Source: Guillardia theta CCMP2712
Lineage: Eukaryota > Protista > Cryptophyta
Assembly (NCBI RefSeq): GCF_000315625.1
Contig: NW_005434621.1
Span: 97,525 to 161,524 of the forward strand
DNA length: 64,000 bases
Direction: 5' to 3'
The translations under genes were made by a program, and so were the position numbers. The notes beneath the pieces were generated by a model that did no database searches, was not told the DNA's origin, and saw only the letters and a list, made by a program, of their open reading frames with translations. Positions 1 through 16,034 of this stretch are shown here, piece by piece (within the stretch, counting starts at the first letter, position 1; each line of letters begins with the position of its first letter).

Positions 1-916
1 CCTCCTCGTCTTCCAACCTCTCTGGCAGCAAGGCATCCAACCCAGCGCTGGGCCATTCTACGAGGGTGACTCCCTTCGGGATGACTTGGTCGAGGCCGAG
101 GAAAGAAATGTCCTTGGACTGCCCCAGCCTGTCCTAGCAAGTCAGCGCAGGCGCCGCAGGGGAGCAGGGAGCCTGTAGAGGTCAAGGTGATTGACGGTGA
201 AGCTCTTGCAAGGGTACTGGAGATGGAGGAGGAAGGAGGGAGAGGCCACAGTCAGCGTCTCGTCCTCTGAAAGGTCTCGTATGAAGGCTCGAGCGAAGGT
301 CGTCTTGCCGCATCCCACGTCTCCTCGCAGGAGGACGACGTCTCCGGCCTCCACGCTCTGAGACAGGATCCTGCAGGAGGGATGAGAGGAGGGGAGAGAG
401 TAGAGAGAGAGGGTAAGGGAAAGAAGGGGAGAGGAGAAGAGGAGCAGACGAGCAAGAGCATGTAGTACACCTTGCAAGTCTCTCCGTGTTCTCAAGTCCG
501 TTTAATCTTCCATGTATCGTCCTGACGTCCTGCATGCTCCCCGAGCCAGCGCCGTCGGCAGCTGAGCATGTTGTCCTGAAACTCCCTCCCCGCAATGGGG
601 CGATGGACAGGCGCGCAAGTCTGTGAAAAGCTGCCGCGTCCTCACGATGAGTCCTCCTCCTTCCTCCCGCTCAGCATCTCTCACCTAGCACATGGCGCTG
701 GTGCGGTAGGCTCCTGGCAAGAGCTGGAGCAAGGCTCCTCCTTTCCGCCCGGCCTGCATGGCAGCCTCCATGCAGACCCGCGCTCCTCGTCGGACTCTGA
801 GCATGTGCGCCGAGCCTGCGGTCAAGGCGGGGGCACTCGATGCAAGAGAAGGCCATGGCCATGTCTGACCATGGATGGGCAGCGGCTAAGAAGGAGATCA
901 AAGAAAGCCGTGCCAT
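1..916 (-). CDS. tsaE: TsaE/YjeE tRNA t6A-biosynthesis P-loop ATPase, multi-exon, 3' end runs off the window; probable bipartite plastid-targeting leader
   Basis: Spliced translation gives GDVVLLRGDVGCGKTTFARAFI, VASPSFLL, HLDLYR and VTLVEWP, which are TsaE motifs. Upstream exon MARLSLISFLAAAHPWSDMAMA-F looks like a signal peptide followed by Phe. Confidence 0.85.
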
Positions 917-1539
917 GCTGCTCTGAACCATGTCCACCTGCACAGGCTTCAGGGACATGCTGAGGTCATGCGAGCAGGGGCACGAGAACGAGGAAGGGAG
1001 AACTAAGGTGGGGAGTGAGGGAGAGAGAGGAAGGAAGCACAAGTAGCTCTTAGGAAGTAGCCAGCTGTTCCCTCCCACCTCGGCCCCCGCCCTCTCTTCC
1101 CCTCCTCCAGTGCCAACTCCCCCCACACACAACTTCACCTTCCTTTCCTATCGCTCTCCTCTCTCCCTCTCTTCTCCTTTAGGCCTCGTTCTGCTTCCCA
1201 CCAGCCTGTCGCTCCGCATCGTTTCCTGCCATGAGCTCTCCCTCCCCTCCTCCCTGCGCCCCCCGGATCCTTCTACCCAATAAAAACCTCTGATGATGCT
1301 GAGGACGCATCGATACCAGGAACGAGTGGGGACATGGGGGGGGGAGAAAATGAGAAACAGTGGGAGGAACAAGGAGAGGGAGGGGGAGGAAGAGCAAGGA
1401 AGGAGGAGAGGGAGGCAGGGGAGGAGCAGGTTTCCTCCTCTTGCTCCTTCTATCCGCTGTCGGCCATGGGGCCTTGGAGGGCCGGGGGGGCCACAAGATC
1501 AAAGAGGATGAGATTCATTGAGAAACTACATAGCAACAT

Positions 1540-2287
1540 CTACAAGAAAGCGACAGGCCCCTTCCACTGAGCGTAGCATCCATAGTCGGCGCAGGTGACG
1601 TTGTTATGCCAGGCCCAATTGCCCTCCTTCTTGATGAGGTTCTTGTCGCCGGCGAGGGCCTGGGACTTGGAGAACCACTTGTTGTTGCTCAGCTGGTCCT
1701 TGGAGTTGCCTTCGGTGCTGTACCAGCTGCACCACGAGCGTGAGGAGCGAGAAGAATCATAGCGAAGATGGAGATAACTCGGTGAAGAACACAAGGTTCG
1801 GCAAACAGAGGAGGCAAACAGCAGGGGGGAGGAGCAGGCAGGAAGGGGCTCGGACAGGAAAACATCAGCAGCATGTGCATCGTCATCCGATATGGACAGC
1901 AATGAGTGAATGAATGAACGAAAGTCATCGAGCACTGCGTCGATGCAGGGAAAAGTGCGTGCAGCAAACCGCGTTGGCGGAGTAGTGCAATGGGACAACA
2001 CAATCCGAGAAAGCATCATCATGATTTGGAACACCTCTTGATAATGAAACACAATCACCCATCTCACTCATAACAACAGCAGGTGAAGCTTTTTTCAGCA
2101 AGAAAATGCCTCCTCCTACTCCTACTTCAGGAAACATGGAACACAAGAAACACGGCCTGCATTCAGGCGTGCAGAGGAGAGAATCGTTAAGACATGCATC
2201 TAAAAACAAGCTGCATCGCGTCTTCACATGCCATGCCCCCCATCGCCGCGCGCGCACTCACTTGCTGTCCTTGAAGTGCATGTACAT
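1540..2287 (-). CDS. Small 70-aa protein of unknown function (exons 2287-2262 and 1726-1540)
   Basis: ATG exon ends at a GTGAGT donor. A GTGCAG acceptor restores frame to give MYMHFKDSNWYSTEGNSKDQ...KGPVAFL*. Strong C/G-ending codon bias. Confidence 0.55.
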
Positions 2288-2449
2288 GGTGCCGTCTGTC
2301 TCTTCGCCTGCCGTCTTCACCGCTAAGCCTCATCCTGTTAAATTAGCTCACTTCTTTGTTAAATAAGACACATAATCCTTAAAAGCCAATCTGAGGCGGG
2401 CTGTGCATCTTGTCGAAAAGCCAGGAGGAATGCGCTCTTCGCAGCGAGC

Positions 2450-3369
2450 ATGGGCGTGGGCGATGGCGGGGCTTGGCTTGTGCATGGCGGTCTTGATGGT
2501 AGTGAGTCGAGCAACATCAAGACGGTGAGCTCATGTTGTTGCCTCTGCTGCTCATGCTGCCTGCAAGCGCCTGTCTTGCGTACAACTGCACTGAAGTTTG
2601 AGTACAGGTCAAGCGATGAAATGGTCGGCGTCGGGATGAGCTATCCCAACGATCATGCGGCATACTTCGTTCAGCCTGCATACTTGAGACCCAGGAACCA
2701 CATCCTGATGGACTTTAGACGCTCTAACTCTCGCAAGAGTGTCCTGCCATACTTCGCACGCTCAAACGTTGGACAGACATTAGCTGAAACTCGGATGGCT
2801 TTGCCACTTGCAACCCAGAGCTACGAGAGTTTTTTCCATCCTGTAGCTCCAAGTGATCTTGGACACATGCTGGAACAGGAGCAGGCAGCGTCCACCAACG
2901 AAGAGCACGCTGAAGAGCATCGTTGCTATGGCCTTGTGCACGCTTGTGTCAACTGGATGGCGCTGAATGCAAAAAAGATGAGGGTGATTGTGTATGAAGG
3001 CGGATCTTGGTGCACAGATGACGAGCTCGCGAGTCAAGCTTGCTACAATGAGCCAAAAACCATCTCCGAGGTGAGGAAATTTCTGCAGTGCCTTTCCTTG
3101 ACTGTGAATGCCAGGACCATGTGTACGATATCCCAGCGAATGGAGAGACGTTCCCAGATGGCATGTGGAGCACGATGTTGAAGACCTGCCCGTTCCTGTC
3201 TGGGTGCTCGAAACCTGAGTCTTTCTCTGACACCGAGTCGAATGGGGAGATGAAGCAGGCCATGAGCGCTGTGCTCGAGTTCCATCGAGCACGACAGGGT
3301 ATGCTCAGGCAGGTTGACTCCTGTTGTATCGATAGGCAGCAAGCGAAGCTTGCATCTTTGAAACGATAG
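2450..3369 (+). CDS. Hypothetical protein, multi-exon
   Basis: Long ORF 2450-3181 joins ORF 3088-3369 via a plausible GTGAGG..CCAG intron near 3070-3114. No recognisable domain. Confidence 0.5.
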
Positions 3370-3418
3370 TAATTCATGTTGCAATCTATAAAAAAAGAAT
3401 ACATCTACCCCGCCCCGC

Positions 3419-4731
3419 TCATCTAGCGTAGGACAAACTCATCGTTGGTAATGGGATCTCTGGGTCTGCCAGGTCAGATTCTTCTGAGGAGCTCGGGTGC
3501 AGATGGAAAGAGAACTTCCCCTCCCGACTTCGCCCAAGCTCCATCTGATCTAGCTCCCATTCATGAATCGCCCCATCCTCGTCTGCAGACCATATCCGCA
3601 CCCCGTTGTGATCTTCGTGCCCTGCCCTCAACACATCAGCACCTCCCCATCCCGCGGCACATACAAGCTACCTGTAAGAGCGTAGATGGTTCTCCTGTGC
3701 CCCTTACATGTCATGATGCAGAAGCTTGTTCCTGGCTTCCACAGCCTCACCAGAGAATCGGCAGACGCGGATACCAGCACTCCATGGGACCGAGCCATCC
3801 ACAGCGCATTGACCGGGGTCTGGCGGCTGTAAGATGTATTCTCTGTCTCCCCTACCCTCGAGTCCCGATGCCCTACGAACTCAAGCGTCATGTTCCAATT
3901 ACTCATGTCCCACGTCTGGATGATCCCGTCCATCGTGCTGACCACCAGCAAGTTCCCCAGACTTGCCAAGCCGTAAGCAGGGAAGTATTCGAAGTCGTCT
4001 GTTTCAAGGACTGTCAAACACTTGAGGTTTTCCAGCGACCAAACCCTGATCGTGCCATCGTTAGATCCACTCACAATGTAAGAATAAGGCTCTTCTGTCT
4101 CCAACAGCGCGTAGATTGCGTCAGTGTGGCCTTCGAGGACCCCCAGCGATTGATCTGTGTTTGCATCCCACATTCTGATCATTCCGTCGCAATCTCCTGA
4201 GAAGAGCACACTTGAAGAATCTGCGCTTTGTTTCAGCAACAGTGTATCTATCGATCCATGGTGCATGTCTTCGAGCTTGCAACCCTTGTCTTCAGCACAC
4301 CCGACGAAAGAAACCCGTGTTCTTGAGCGAGTGTGCCATTTCTCCAAAGAGCTGGCAATGGTCCCCATCCATATGAAGTTCTGGTTCACTGCTAGGCTGG
4401 AGACGCAAGGTCTCAGAACCATGCATGAATCGCTCTGACTTGGCTCTAACTTGCCCACACACTCCCCGCTCCTCACGTCCCACAGTCGCACGTAGTGGTC
4501 CAGTCCACCGCTGTACAGGATTCCACCATGGTACGCCAGCGCCAAGACTGTGTTGTTGTGCCCTAGGAAGGACCTTGAAGGCCCAAGAACTTCTCCCTCT
4601 CCTTCCCCTCCTCGCAGCCGCAGCGACCTGGCTGTCAGGCAGAGGGTCAGCGCCATCCGTATGCCCTTGACTCCCAGCATTGGACGCATTTTCGGGTGCC
4701 CACAGATCGAGTCCGCCTCAGCATCTTCCAT
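3419..4731 (-). CDS. WD40-repeat protein with N-terminal hydrophobic leader ending in LRLRGG
   Basis: Several GH...WD repeats (GHNNTV...VRLWD, GHTDAI...IRVWS, SASADSLVRLWK). One short 3' intron joins ORF 3419-3634. Confidence 0.88.
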
Positions 4732-4765
4732 GTTCCCCGGGCGCGGGCCCGCCGAGGCAGGTGGT

Positions 4766-4781
4766 GTAACGTATACGTTAC
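4766..4781. promoter_or_regulatory. Perfect 16-bp palindrome GTAACGTATACGTTAC in the ~115-bp divergent intergenic region
   Basis: Self-complementary sequence lying between head-to-head ATGs at 4731(-) and 4847(+). Regulatory role is inferred. Confidence 0.4.
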
Positions 4782-4846
4782 GGGCGAGAACATTTTAAAA
4801 AATTTCGATTCGAACAGGCGTGTAAACAAGTAGCTGCGCATCCGCC

Positions 4847-8860
<4,014 letters not shown>

Positions 8861-9005
8861 TGACATCAGGCTGCTGCGATCCAACGCAACAAACGAAGCT
8901 CAACCCAGTTCAGAACGAGAGAACAACTGTCAGCAAGGCTGGTGGAGACAGGAGGAGGAGGAGGAGGAGGAGGAGGAGGAGGAGTATGAGACATTTTGAT
9001 TATTC

Positions 9006-9997
9006 TTACAAGAGAGCGGGATCGATAGAGTCAAGTTCTTCTGCAGTAGTTGTCACCTGGCTGTCCGAACAGACAACCTCCACTCACCGTATGTCAGATA
9101 GCCGTCCCCGTCGAGATCAGCATAGTTGACGAAGAAATCCTGGAGCGAAAGGGTGACGAGAGGGAGGAGAAGACCGGAGGAGGAGCCAAGACCTTGTAGT
9201 CGTCCTTGCGAATATTGTCAAGGCGTTTGAGGTGCGACAAGCCTAGATAAAACTGCGGGAGCAGACCCTTCAAAGATTCGCTGGGGAGCTCAACTGTACT
9301 TCACCTCCTCGCTGGATATTCTTCCGTCAAAGTTCTTGTCGAAGTGCTCCATCGCTCTGTCTGTGTCTGCTCCTTTCTCAAGCTCGCGCTCCTCCTTGTA
9401 CTTCTTTGCGGTTGGCCTCATGAACTCAACAAATTCTACCCGCCCATCATTGTCCATATCGAGCTCTGACATGATGTAGTCAAGCTTCTTCGAGTTGGTC
9501 TTGTACCCGAGCTGTCATCAACCATCAACGCTCAGTTGACATCCTGACCCGTGTACCTTCTTCAGCCCTGCTTCGAACTCTTCCTTCGACAAGAACCCGC
9601 TGTTATCTGCATCGAAAAACCTTGTGGAAGCATCTGTCATCATTGCGAGACATGTGGAAACGCTTGTCGTACCGAAACTTCTTGTGCGATTTGGTGTATT
9701 CGGACCTTTCACTCGACTTCATCTCAGCAACAGTTTGATGCAGATCATCGCCCTGATTCACCGTCACGATTCCTTGGGTTACGTAGGTAGGAGCAGAGGT
9801 GTATATCAAGGCTACGAGGGAGAGCATGGTGAAGGGAGGCACGAGCAAGGGAGGAGGAAGGTACGAGCAGGGGAGGAGGAGGGTACGAGCAGGGGAGGAG
9901 GAAGCTCTATGTGATGCTGCATGAGGAGCTGCTTGACCTTGAGCGCTGCCGCCATCACCACCAGCACCATCAGCCCGCAGCCACGTAGGGCTGCCAT
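9006..9997 (-). CDS. Four-EF-hand calcium-binding protein with signal peptide, multi-exon
   Basis: EF loops DADNSGFLSKEE, DMDNDGRVEFVE, DKNFDGRISSEE and DLDGDGYLTYEE. Leader MAALRGCGLMVLVVMAAA. Confidence 0.8.
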
Positions 9998-10073
9998 GTT
10001 TCTGCCACGCAACGAGGCAGATCGGAATGAGGGCGATGAAACGGCGCCCACCGGGCCCGGGCGCTCCGAACCG

Positions 10074-10110
10074 TGTCCTCGTACTGATTTTTAACTTAAC
10101 TTTGAGTAAA
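10074..10110 (+). repeat. Conserved 37-bp dispersed intergenic motif TGTCCTCGTACTGATTTTTAACTTAACTTTGAGTAAA (copy 1)
   Basis: Identical to 58612-58648. Variants at 61505 and at 15644-15677 (minus strand). Confidence 0.85.
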
Positions 10111-10393
10111 GTCTTGGTGCCACAAACTTTTGGAGGCGCCAAAATGGGGAAGGGGATGCAGGGGAGGGAGGGGAGGAAGAGAAGGAAGGAGAGGAAGAGA
10201 AGGGAGGAGAGGGGAGGGAGGGAGGGAGGGGAGGAAGAGAAGGAAGAGGAGGGAGGGGAGGGAGGGAAGGATTACGGAGAATCAGGCCAAGAAAGAGCAA
10301 ACAGAGAGTTGAGGTATTCAATGATGCGAGAATGAGAACGGAGGAGAGACATGTCATAGTTTCACATAAGTCTCACTTCTTCTTGACAAACAG

Positions 10394-10831
10394 ATGGCAT
10401 CCTCTGTCGATCCCCTCTCATTCCTCATCGATCCGTCCTTCGATCTAGCACAGGACGACTCTTTGGAATGGAAAGATCCGTCACGGAACCTGACCCTTAC
10501 CCTTGAAGAAGTAGCTGACAAGCCTGATCGCACAATACATCCTGGCAATGCAGACGGTGCTGATGAATTTGAATGGGAGGTCAACAGTTTTGACCCTCAG
10601 AATAGCAACAGCTTGAGCTATACGCAGGACTACAACAGCCCTTCCTCTCCATCCTTGATAACTGGGAACTGTCCTCCTCCTCCTTCTCCCCCTCCTCTCC
10701 ACTCCCCACCAAAAAAAAAGTACAAGACTCTCAAGCTTTCAAGTGGTGTCACATGGATTCAAGGAAACAGGATCGTACAGTACTTGTCGCCTGAAGATGC
10801 GAAGCGGAGTGGAGTGACTATATTCATGTAA
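10394..10831 (+). CDS. Hypothetical 145-aa protein
   Basis: ATG-initiated ORF with protein-like composition and a PPKKKYK basic patch. No homology recognised. Confidence 0.4.
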   Translation: MASSVDPLSFLIDPSFDLAQDDSLEWKDPSRNLTLTLEEVADKPDRTIHPGNADGADEFEWEVNSFDPQNSNSLSYTQDYNSPSSPSLITGNCPPPPSPPPLHSPPKKKYKTLKLSSGVTWIQGNRIVQYLSPEDAKRSGVTIFM

Positions 10832-11242
10832 GCTTCAGAATGAAAATAAAGACAAAACATCACTTGGCAATTGCGTTCATAACTATGTTATGATTTCTTG
10901 CTTCTTGAAGTTCACAATCCCGCAGTCTGCAACGACTTTGCGCTTGCCATTCTGCTGTAGCAGATGGAAGCTTGAAATCTGCCGAGCTGTAAAGGTGACG
11001 TGACAAATTCTTGTTTAAAAGTGTTGATCTGATTGTGTGCTTGCTCACGCTAACAAGCAATCTTTGCAGGAGAGGAGTTATTCGATGATGTGAACGATCG
11101 GAACGCTTAAACTCATCGGCCGATATTTCTTTCCTACTTGGTCTGCTTCGGTTTGCCTTTTTTCATTTCAGTCAAGAACACTAATTTCGACCAGCAACGT
11201 CGCAAGCAAAAAAACAGTTTTATAACATGACAGAAATATATT

Positions 11243-14200
11243 TTACAAGACGATGGAGCGAACTCCTCTCGCAGTGGACTCGCCCGATGAAGAGTCATCC
11301 TCCTCTATGTGCCGAGGCGTCGATTCAAGATCCTGCTTCGCAAAGGCAAGGTCCGATACAAATCTGATACCCTCCAACGGTAATCTAGGGAATCGAAAAG
11401 AAAACATCTCGTTCAGGTCAAGATCTGACAACATTTCTTGGGAAGGAGAGCTTATGTGCGACCTCTCAACCATCATGACATCATCAGCTGAGACAGGCTG
11501 AATCTCCTCGTCGACCTGAGGTAAACCACTCGCCAAGACTCTGTCAATGCCAGCATCCGCCTCCTGAGCTGCTTGACCCTCTGCTGTTGGTAGCTGTCCC
11601 TGTCTTGCTTCTTCAGCAGGTACTGCTTGCTGCTCGGAAGATGCACGAGGTGATCTGTTTCCTTCTTCAGGTCTCTCCCGTAAGACGAGAGCAGCTGATG
11701 CAATGCCTCTGTCTGCCATCTCTGGCATCGGCTCTTCAGATCTCTGCCCCAATGATGCCAGATCCTTCTTATGCGCAAATTTGTATACAGTCATCGACGC
11801 ACTTACCGTCACAAGGACGCCCACTCCTCCACCGATGAGGCCTAATATGAGCCCAATGTTGATGCGTTTTGTGGGTGCATCAGCTGCAGGAAGAGGAGAA
11901 GAGCTCGTCATGGTGATGGTTGTGGTCGAATTGCCTGGAGGCGATGGTATGACCGGAGGGTCTGCTCCCATGGTCATGTATCCCGAAAAGTGCATGACTG
12001 CAGCGCGAGTGAGGTTTTTGCCGGGCACAACTTCGCTTTCCTGGCGCTCCCAAGGAGGAAATGCCAATTCGTTGTTGTAGAAGATAGTCGGATTCTTTCC
12101 TGCAGGGATCTTGCTGGGATTGAATGGCGTGAAGATCTCGACTGGTTTTTGGAACCGAATTCCTGAGGGCTCGAACTGCACAATAGGTCCAGCAGGAACT
12201 ATAACACCTGCTTGAGCCCCCACGTCAAGATTCGGCAGCTCATAGACCTCCACAGAGATTGTTAGGCCCTCTCCCAATGCTCCTGCCGGAATGCTCACGC
12301 CGATTCCAGCGGCAGAGGTGATCGTTGTGGGCGCAACGGGGTCAACCAACTTTGGCGGAGGGCTCAACAACTCATTCTTTGTTGCAACTTGATTGCATAG
12401 GAAACCGAACTGACCTTTGGAGCACACGCACTTGTCACCAACAATTGTGCCGTAGCAGGTATACTGACAGCTGGGTCCAAAATTGGAATCTGCACAGACT
12501 TGTGGAGGAAGGTCTTGGAACGAGAGCGGAAGCGTCACAGACAAGGAAGGAACTGGTCGTCCTGGCAAGTCTGCGATACACAAGGAACAATACAGTTGGA
12601 TATCGACTGAGCTGCTGGGAGTTGGAGGGCTAAGGCTTGCGACTGTGAAAAACAAGTAGTTTTGGTCAGGAATTGTAACATCGACCACAAGGGTATTCGA
12701 AGTCTGGTTCCAGGAGGCTTCCCTCGCCACTCCTGAGCCTGACACGTCGATGAGACTCGCGTTTGTGCGTAACGGTAACCCCTGAATTGAGACTTTGATC
12801 GCTGTCTGGAAGAAGAAGTTCGCCAGGACTGTGATTCTGTACTCACAATACGAGGCAGTGTAACTCGTGTTTGCAGAAATCTGTATACCCGAAAAAGCAG
12901 GCGGAGCAATCAAGGTACATGTCGACTTGGTTGTTATGACGTCGTTGACACAAGTCCAAAGTCTCTCGACCCGGCACTGCGAATTACATCCATCGTAGGA
13001 GACAGTGTTGCCATCATCACATCCTTCGTCCCATGCGGTAATCCCGTCACCGCAAACCGAAGCCGCAGTAAACGATGGAGTCTGGGACACTGACTGTTCT
13101 ATCGTAGACTCACTGCCCATTAACGAAGTTGAAGTCTGTGGCAACATTGTGCTCTGAGTGACCACATTTGACGTCGAAACATCAGGCGCGGTGGGTGCAG
13201 GCGTCGTCGTGTCAGGCGCGGTGGGTGCAGGCGTCGTCGTAGACGTCGTCGTGTCAGGCACGGTGGGTGCAGGCGTCGTCGTAGACGTCGTCGTGTCAGG
13301 CGCGGTGGGTGCAGGCGTCGTCGTAGACGTCGTCGTGTCAGGCACGGTGGGTGCAGGCGTCGTCGTAGGCGTCGTCGTGTCAGGCGCGGTGGGTGCAGGC
13401 GTCGTCGTAGACGTCGTCGTGTCAGGCGCGGTGGGTGCAGGCGTCGTCGTAGACGTCGTCGTGTCAGGCGCGGTGGGTGCAGGCGTCGTCGTAGACGTCG
13501 TCGTGTCAGGCGCGGTGGGTGCAGGCGTCGTCGTAGACGTCGTCGTGTCAGGCGCGGTGGGTGCCGGCGTCGTCGTAGACGTCGTCGTGTCAGGCGCGGT
13601 GGGTGCCGGCGTCGTCGATGTTGATTGATCCTGTTCAAAGAAGTAAGGACAGACCAACACATGATGACATTCATTGTGACCAGCTTTGTTGTCGATGTCT
13701 CGGGCTCTTGCGAGGCCTCGGGCGTAGAGGAGCTGGATGACTCGATCGGCGATGTCTCGGGCTCTTGCGAGGCCTCGGGCGTAGAGGAGCTGGATGACTC
13801 GATCGGCGATGTCTCGGGCTCTTGCGAGGCCTCGGGCGTAGAGGAGCTGGATGACTCGATCGGCGATGTCTCGGGCTCTTGCGAGGCCTCGGGCGTAGAG
13901 GAGCTGGATGACTCGATCGGCGATGTCTCGGGCTCTTGCGAGGCCTCGGGCGTAGAGGAGCTGGATGACTCGATCGGCGATGTCTCGGGCTCTTGCGAGG
14001 CCTCGGGCGTAGAGGAGCTGGATGACTCGATCGGCGATGTCTCGGGCTCTTGCGAGGCCTCGGGCGTAGAGGAGCTGGATGACTCGATCGGCGATGTCTC
14101 GGGCTCTTGCGAGGCCTCGGGCGTAGAGGAGCTGGATGACTCGATCGGCGATGTCTCGGGCTCTTGCGAGGCCTCGGGCGTAGAGGAGCTGGATGACTCG

Positions 14201-14936
14201 ATCGGCGATGTCTCGGGCTCTTGCGAGGCCTCGGGTGTAGAGGAGCTGGATGACTCGATCGGCGATGTCTCGGGCTCTTGCGAGGCCTCGGGCGTAGAGG
14301 AGCTGGATGACTCGATCGGCGATGTCTCGGGCTCTTGCGAGGCCTCGGGCGTAGAGGAGCTGGATGACTCGATCGGCGATGTCTCGGGCTCTTGCGAGGC
14401 CTCGGGCGTAGAGGAGCTGGATGACTCGATCGGCGATGTCTGTACTTGCGTGGTTTGATGTAAGGCTGTGCTTGAGCTGGAAGATTCGAAGGTTGCTGAG
14501 CTTTCTGAAGCAGTCTGTGAAACCATGTCATTGCTTGTGAACATGGTGCTGTGAAATTGGGTGACATTCGGTTCTTGGTACATTGTGGTGGTGGTTGGAG
14601 CGTAAAATAATGCTGTGCTGGAACTCGAGGATATTGGTGTTGGAGTGCTGCTTGAACTGCTGAATAGAGGAGTTGTCGTCATCTCATGTGTGGATGCTAC
14701 TTGGTACGCTGCACAGAAAACAGAAGTCATTTCATTTCATTTCATATCAATTCAAAGTCAGTGCAGAGAAAAGACGTTGCTTTATCGAACTTCAGCAGGA
14801 ATTTACCATACAAAGAAGGAAACAAGAATAAAATGCAAATAAGTAGAGATTACTAACCTTGAGTTTGGTTTGCATAAAGAATGAGAAAGAGAAGAGAGAA
14901 GACCGCCGAGGAGACTGGCTTTGCACCATCACGCAT
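11243..14936 (-). CDS. Large type-I membrane glycoprotein: signal peptide, Ser/Thr mucin-like repeats, Myxococcus-type Cys-rich repeat, EGF-like, ZU5-like domain, TM helix, cytoplasmic tail
   Basis: MRDGAKPVSSAVFSLLFLILYA leader; CGDG...EGCDDGN..SYDGCNSQC; CVCSKGQFGFLC; VSIPAGAL...GPIVQFEPSGIRFQKPVEI; TM IGLILGLIGGGVGVLVTVSA. Confidence 0.8.
13183..13618 (-). repeat. 45-bp coding tandem repeat (TTTPAPTAPDTTTST), about 9-10 units
   Basis: Direct inspection. Confidence 0.95.
13694..14440 (-). repeat. 57-bp coding tandem repeat (SPIESSSSSTPEASQEPET), about 13 near-identical units
   Basis: Direct inspection; essentially one variant base among units. Confidence 0.95.
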
Positions 14937-15643
14937 CCTACTTTCCTCCCGTTTCCTCACCTCCCTCGCCATTGTCAAATCAACCACCCACCCCTTCACC
15001 TCAGACACGTCGTCAACAAGGTGGTAGCACCAACTCAATACACACCCGTACCACCCTCAAAGGTACTGAAAAGGAGGGGTATTTTGTAAACATAAGTTGA
15101 CCCTTGCCCCATCTTGACCACCCCCACCCCCCTTGTTGTCTGCTGTACTCTGCAACCAGCTGACCCTACCCCACTATCTACCCCTCACGTCTCCACATGA
15201 ACCATAATGGTTCTTGCAGTACCCCCTTTGTTTCCCTTTGAAGTACCCCCACCCCTAGTGATAGTACAATTTCTGAGGGACACCTTTATTATTATTTTAG
15301 TCACCAGTCCCCACAGCGTTGAAAATTTAAATTTGAAAACTTCTGTCCAAAACTTCAAGTTCTGAAGGAAAATTGGTTGGAATTGACTTTTTTTCAACAC
15401 AGACCCGAAAAACTAACTGTTCGTCTCGTGAAGTTGTTCAACAGTCCAGTGTACCCGGCAACTGGACCACCCCCCCTTAATCCACTGCCGTACCGGGTAC
15501 CGTCTCACACTGGTCAACAGCTATTTAGTACCCCCTTATCCAACTGAATGGACCCCCTGGTCAGAGGGGAATTCCGATCAAGTAAACAGGGGTATTCAAC
15601 TTATCCGTTACAGGTCAGTGGTACGTGACGGTTCCCTAGTCTG

Positions 15644-15677
15644 TACTCAAATTTAAGTTAAAATCAGGACGAGGACA
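15644..15677 (-). repeat. Variant of the 37-bp intergenic motif
   Basis: Reverse complement reads TGTCCTCGTCCTGATTTTAACTTAAATTTGAGTA. Confidence 0.8.
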
Positions 15678-15875
15678 AATCTCAGCGGCACCGGGGCCCG
15701 GCCCGGGGGCTGCCGGGCCGGGCCCCGGGCCCCGGGCCCCGGGCTCTTGGCCGCCGCAGTGAGCCTTTTGAGAATGCGGGTCGGCGCCGGCCCGAGCCGG
15801 GGGAGGCCTGTGCACTGAGATTCGACCGAAAGGAGCTTCAGCACTGGGGAATGCTCAGAGCAGGGAAACCGAGAA

Positions 15876-15914
<39 letters not shown>

Positions 15915-16034
15915 CTGGGGGAGGGAGGAAGAAGAGGGGGAGGAGGGGGGAAGGGAGAAGCAACTATGTGAGACAGCTTGGATTCAGTGTGTTCTGGCTA
16001 CAGATTTCGTGATTCCCTCCCTTATCTGCAGATC

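Noticed and set aside
13694-14440. Regular repeats resembling a CRISPR array
   Set aside because: No unique spacers; a 57-bp in-frame coding tandem repeat in a eukaryotic gene.
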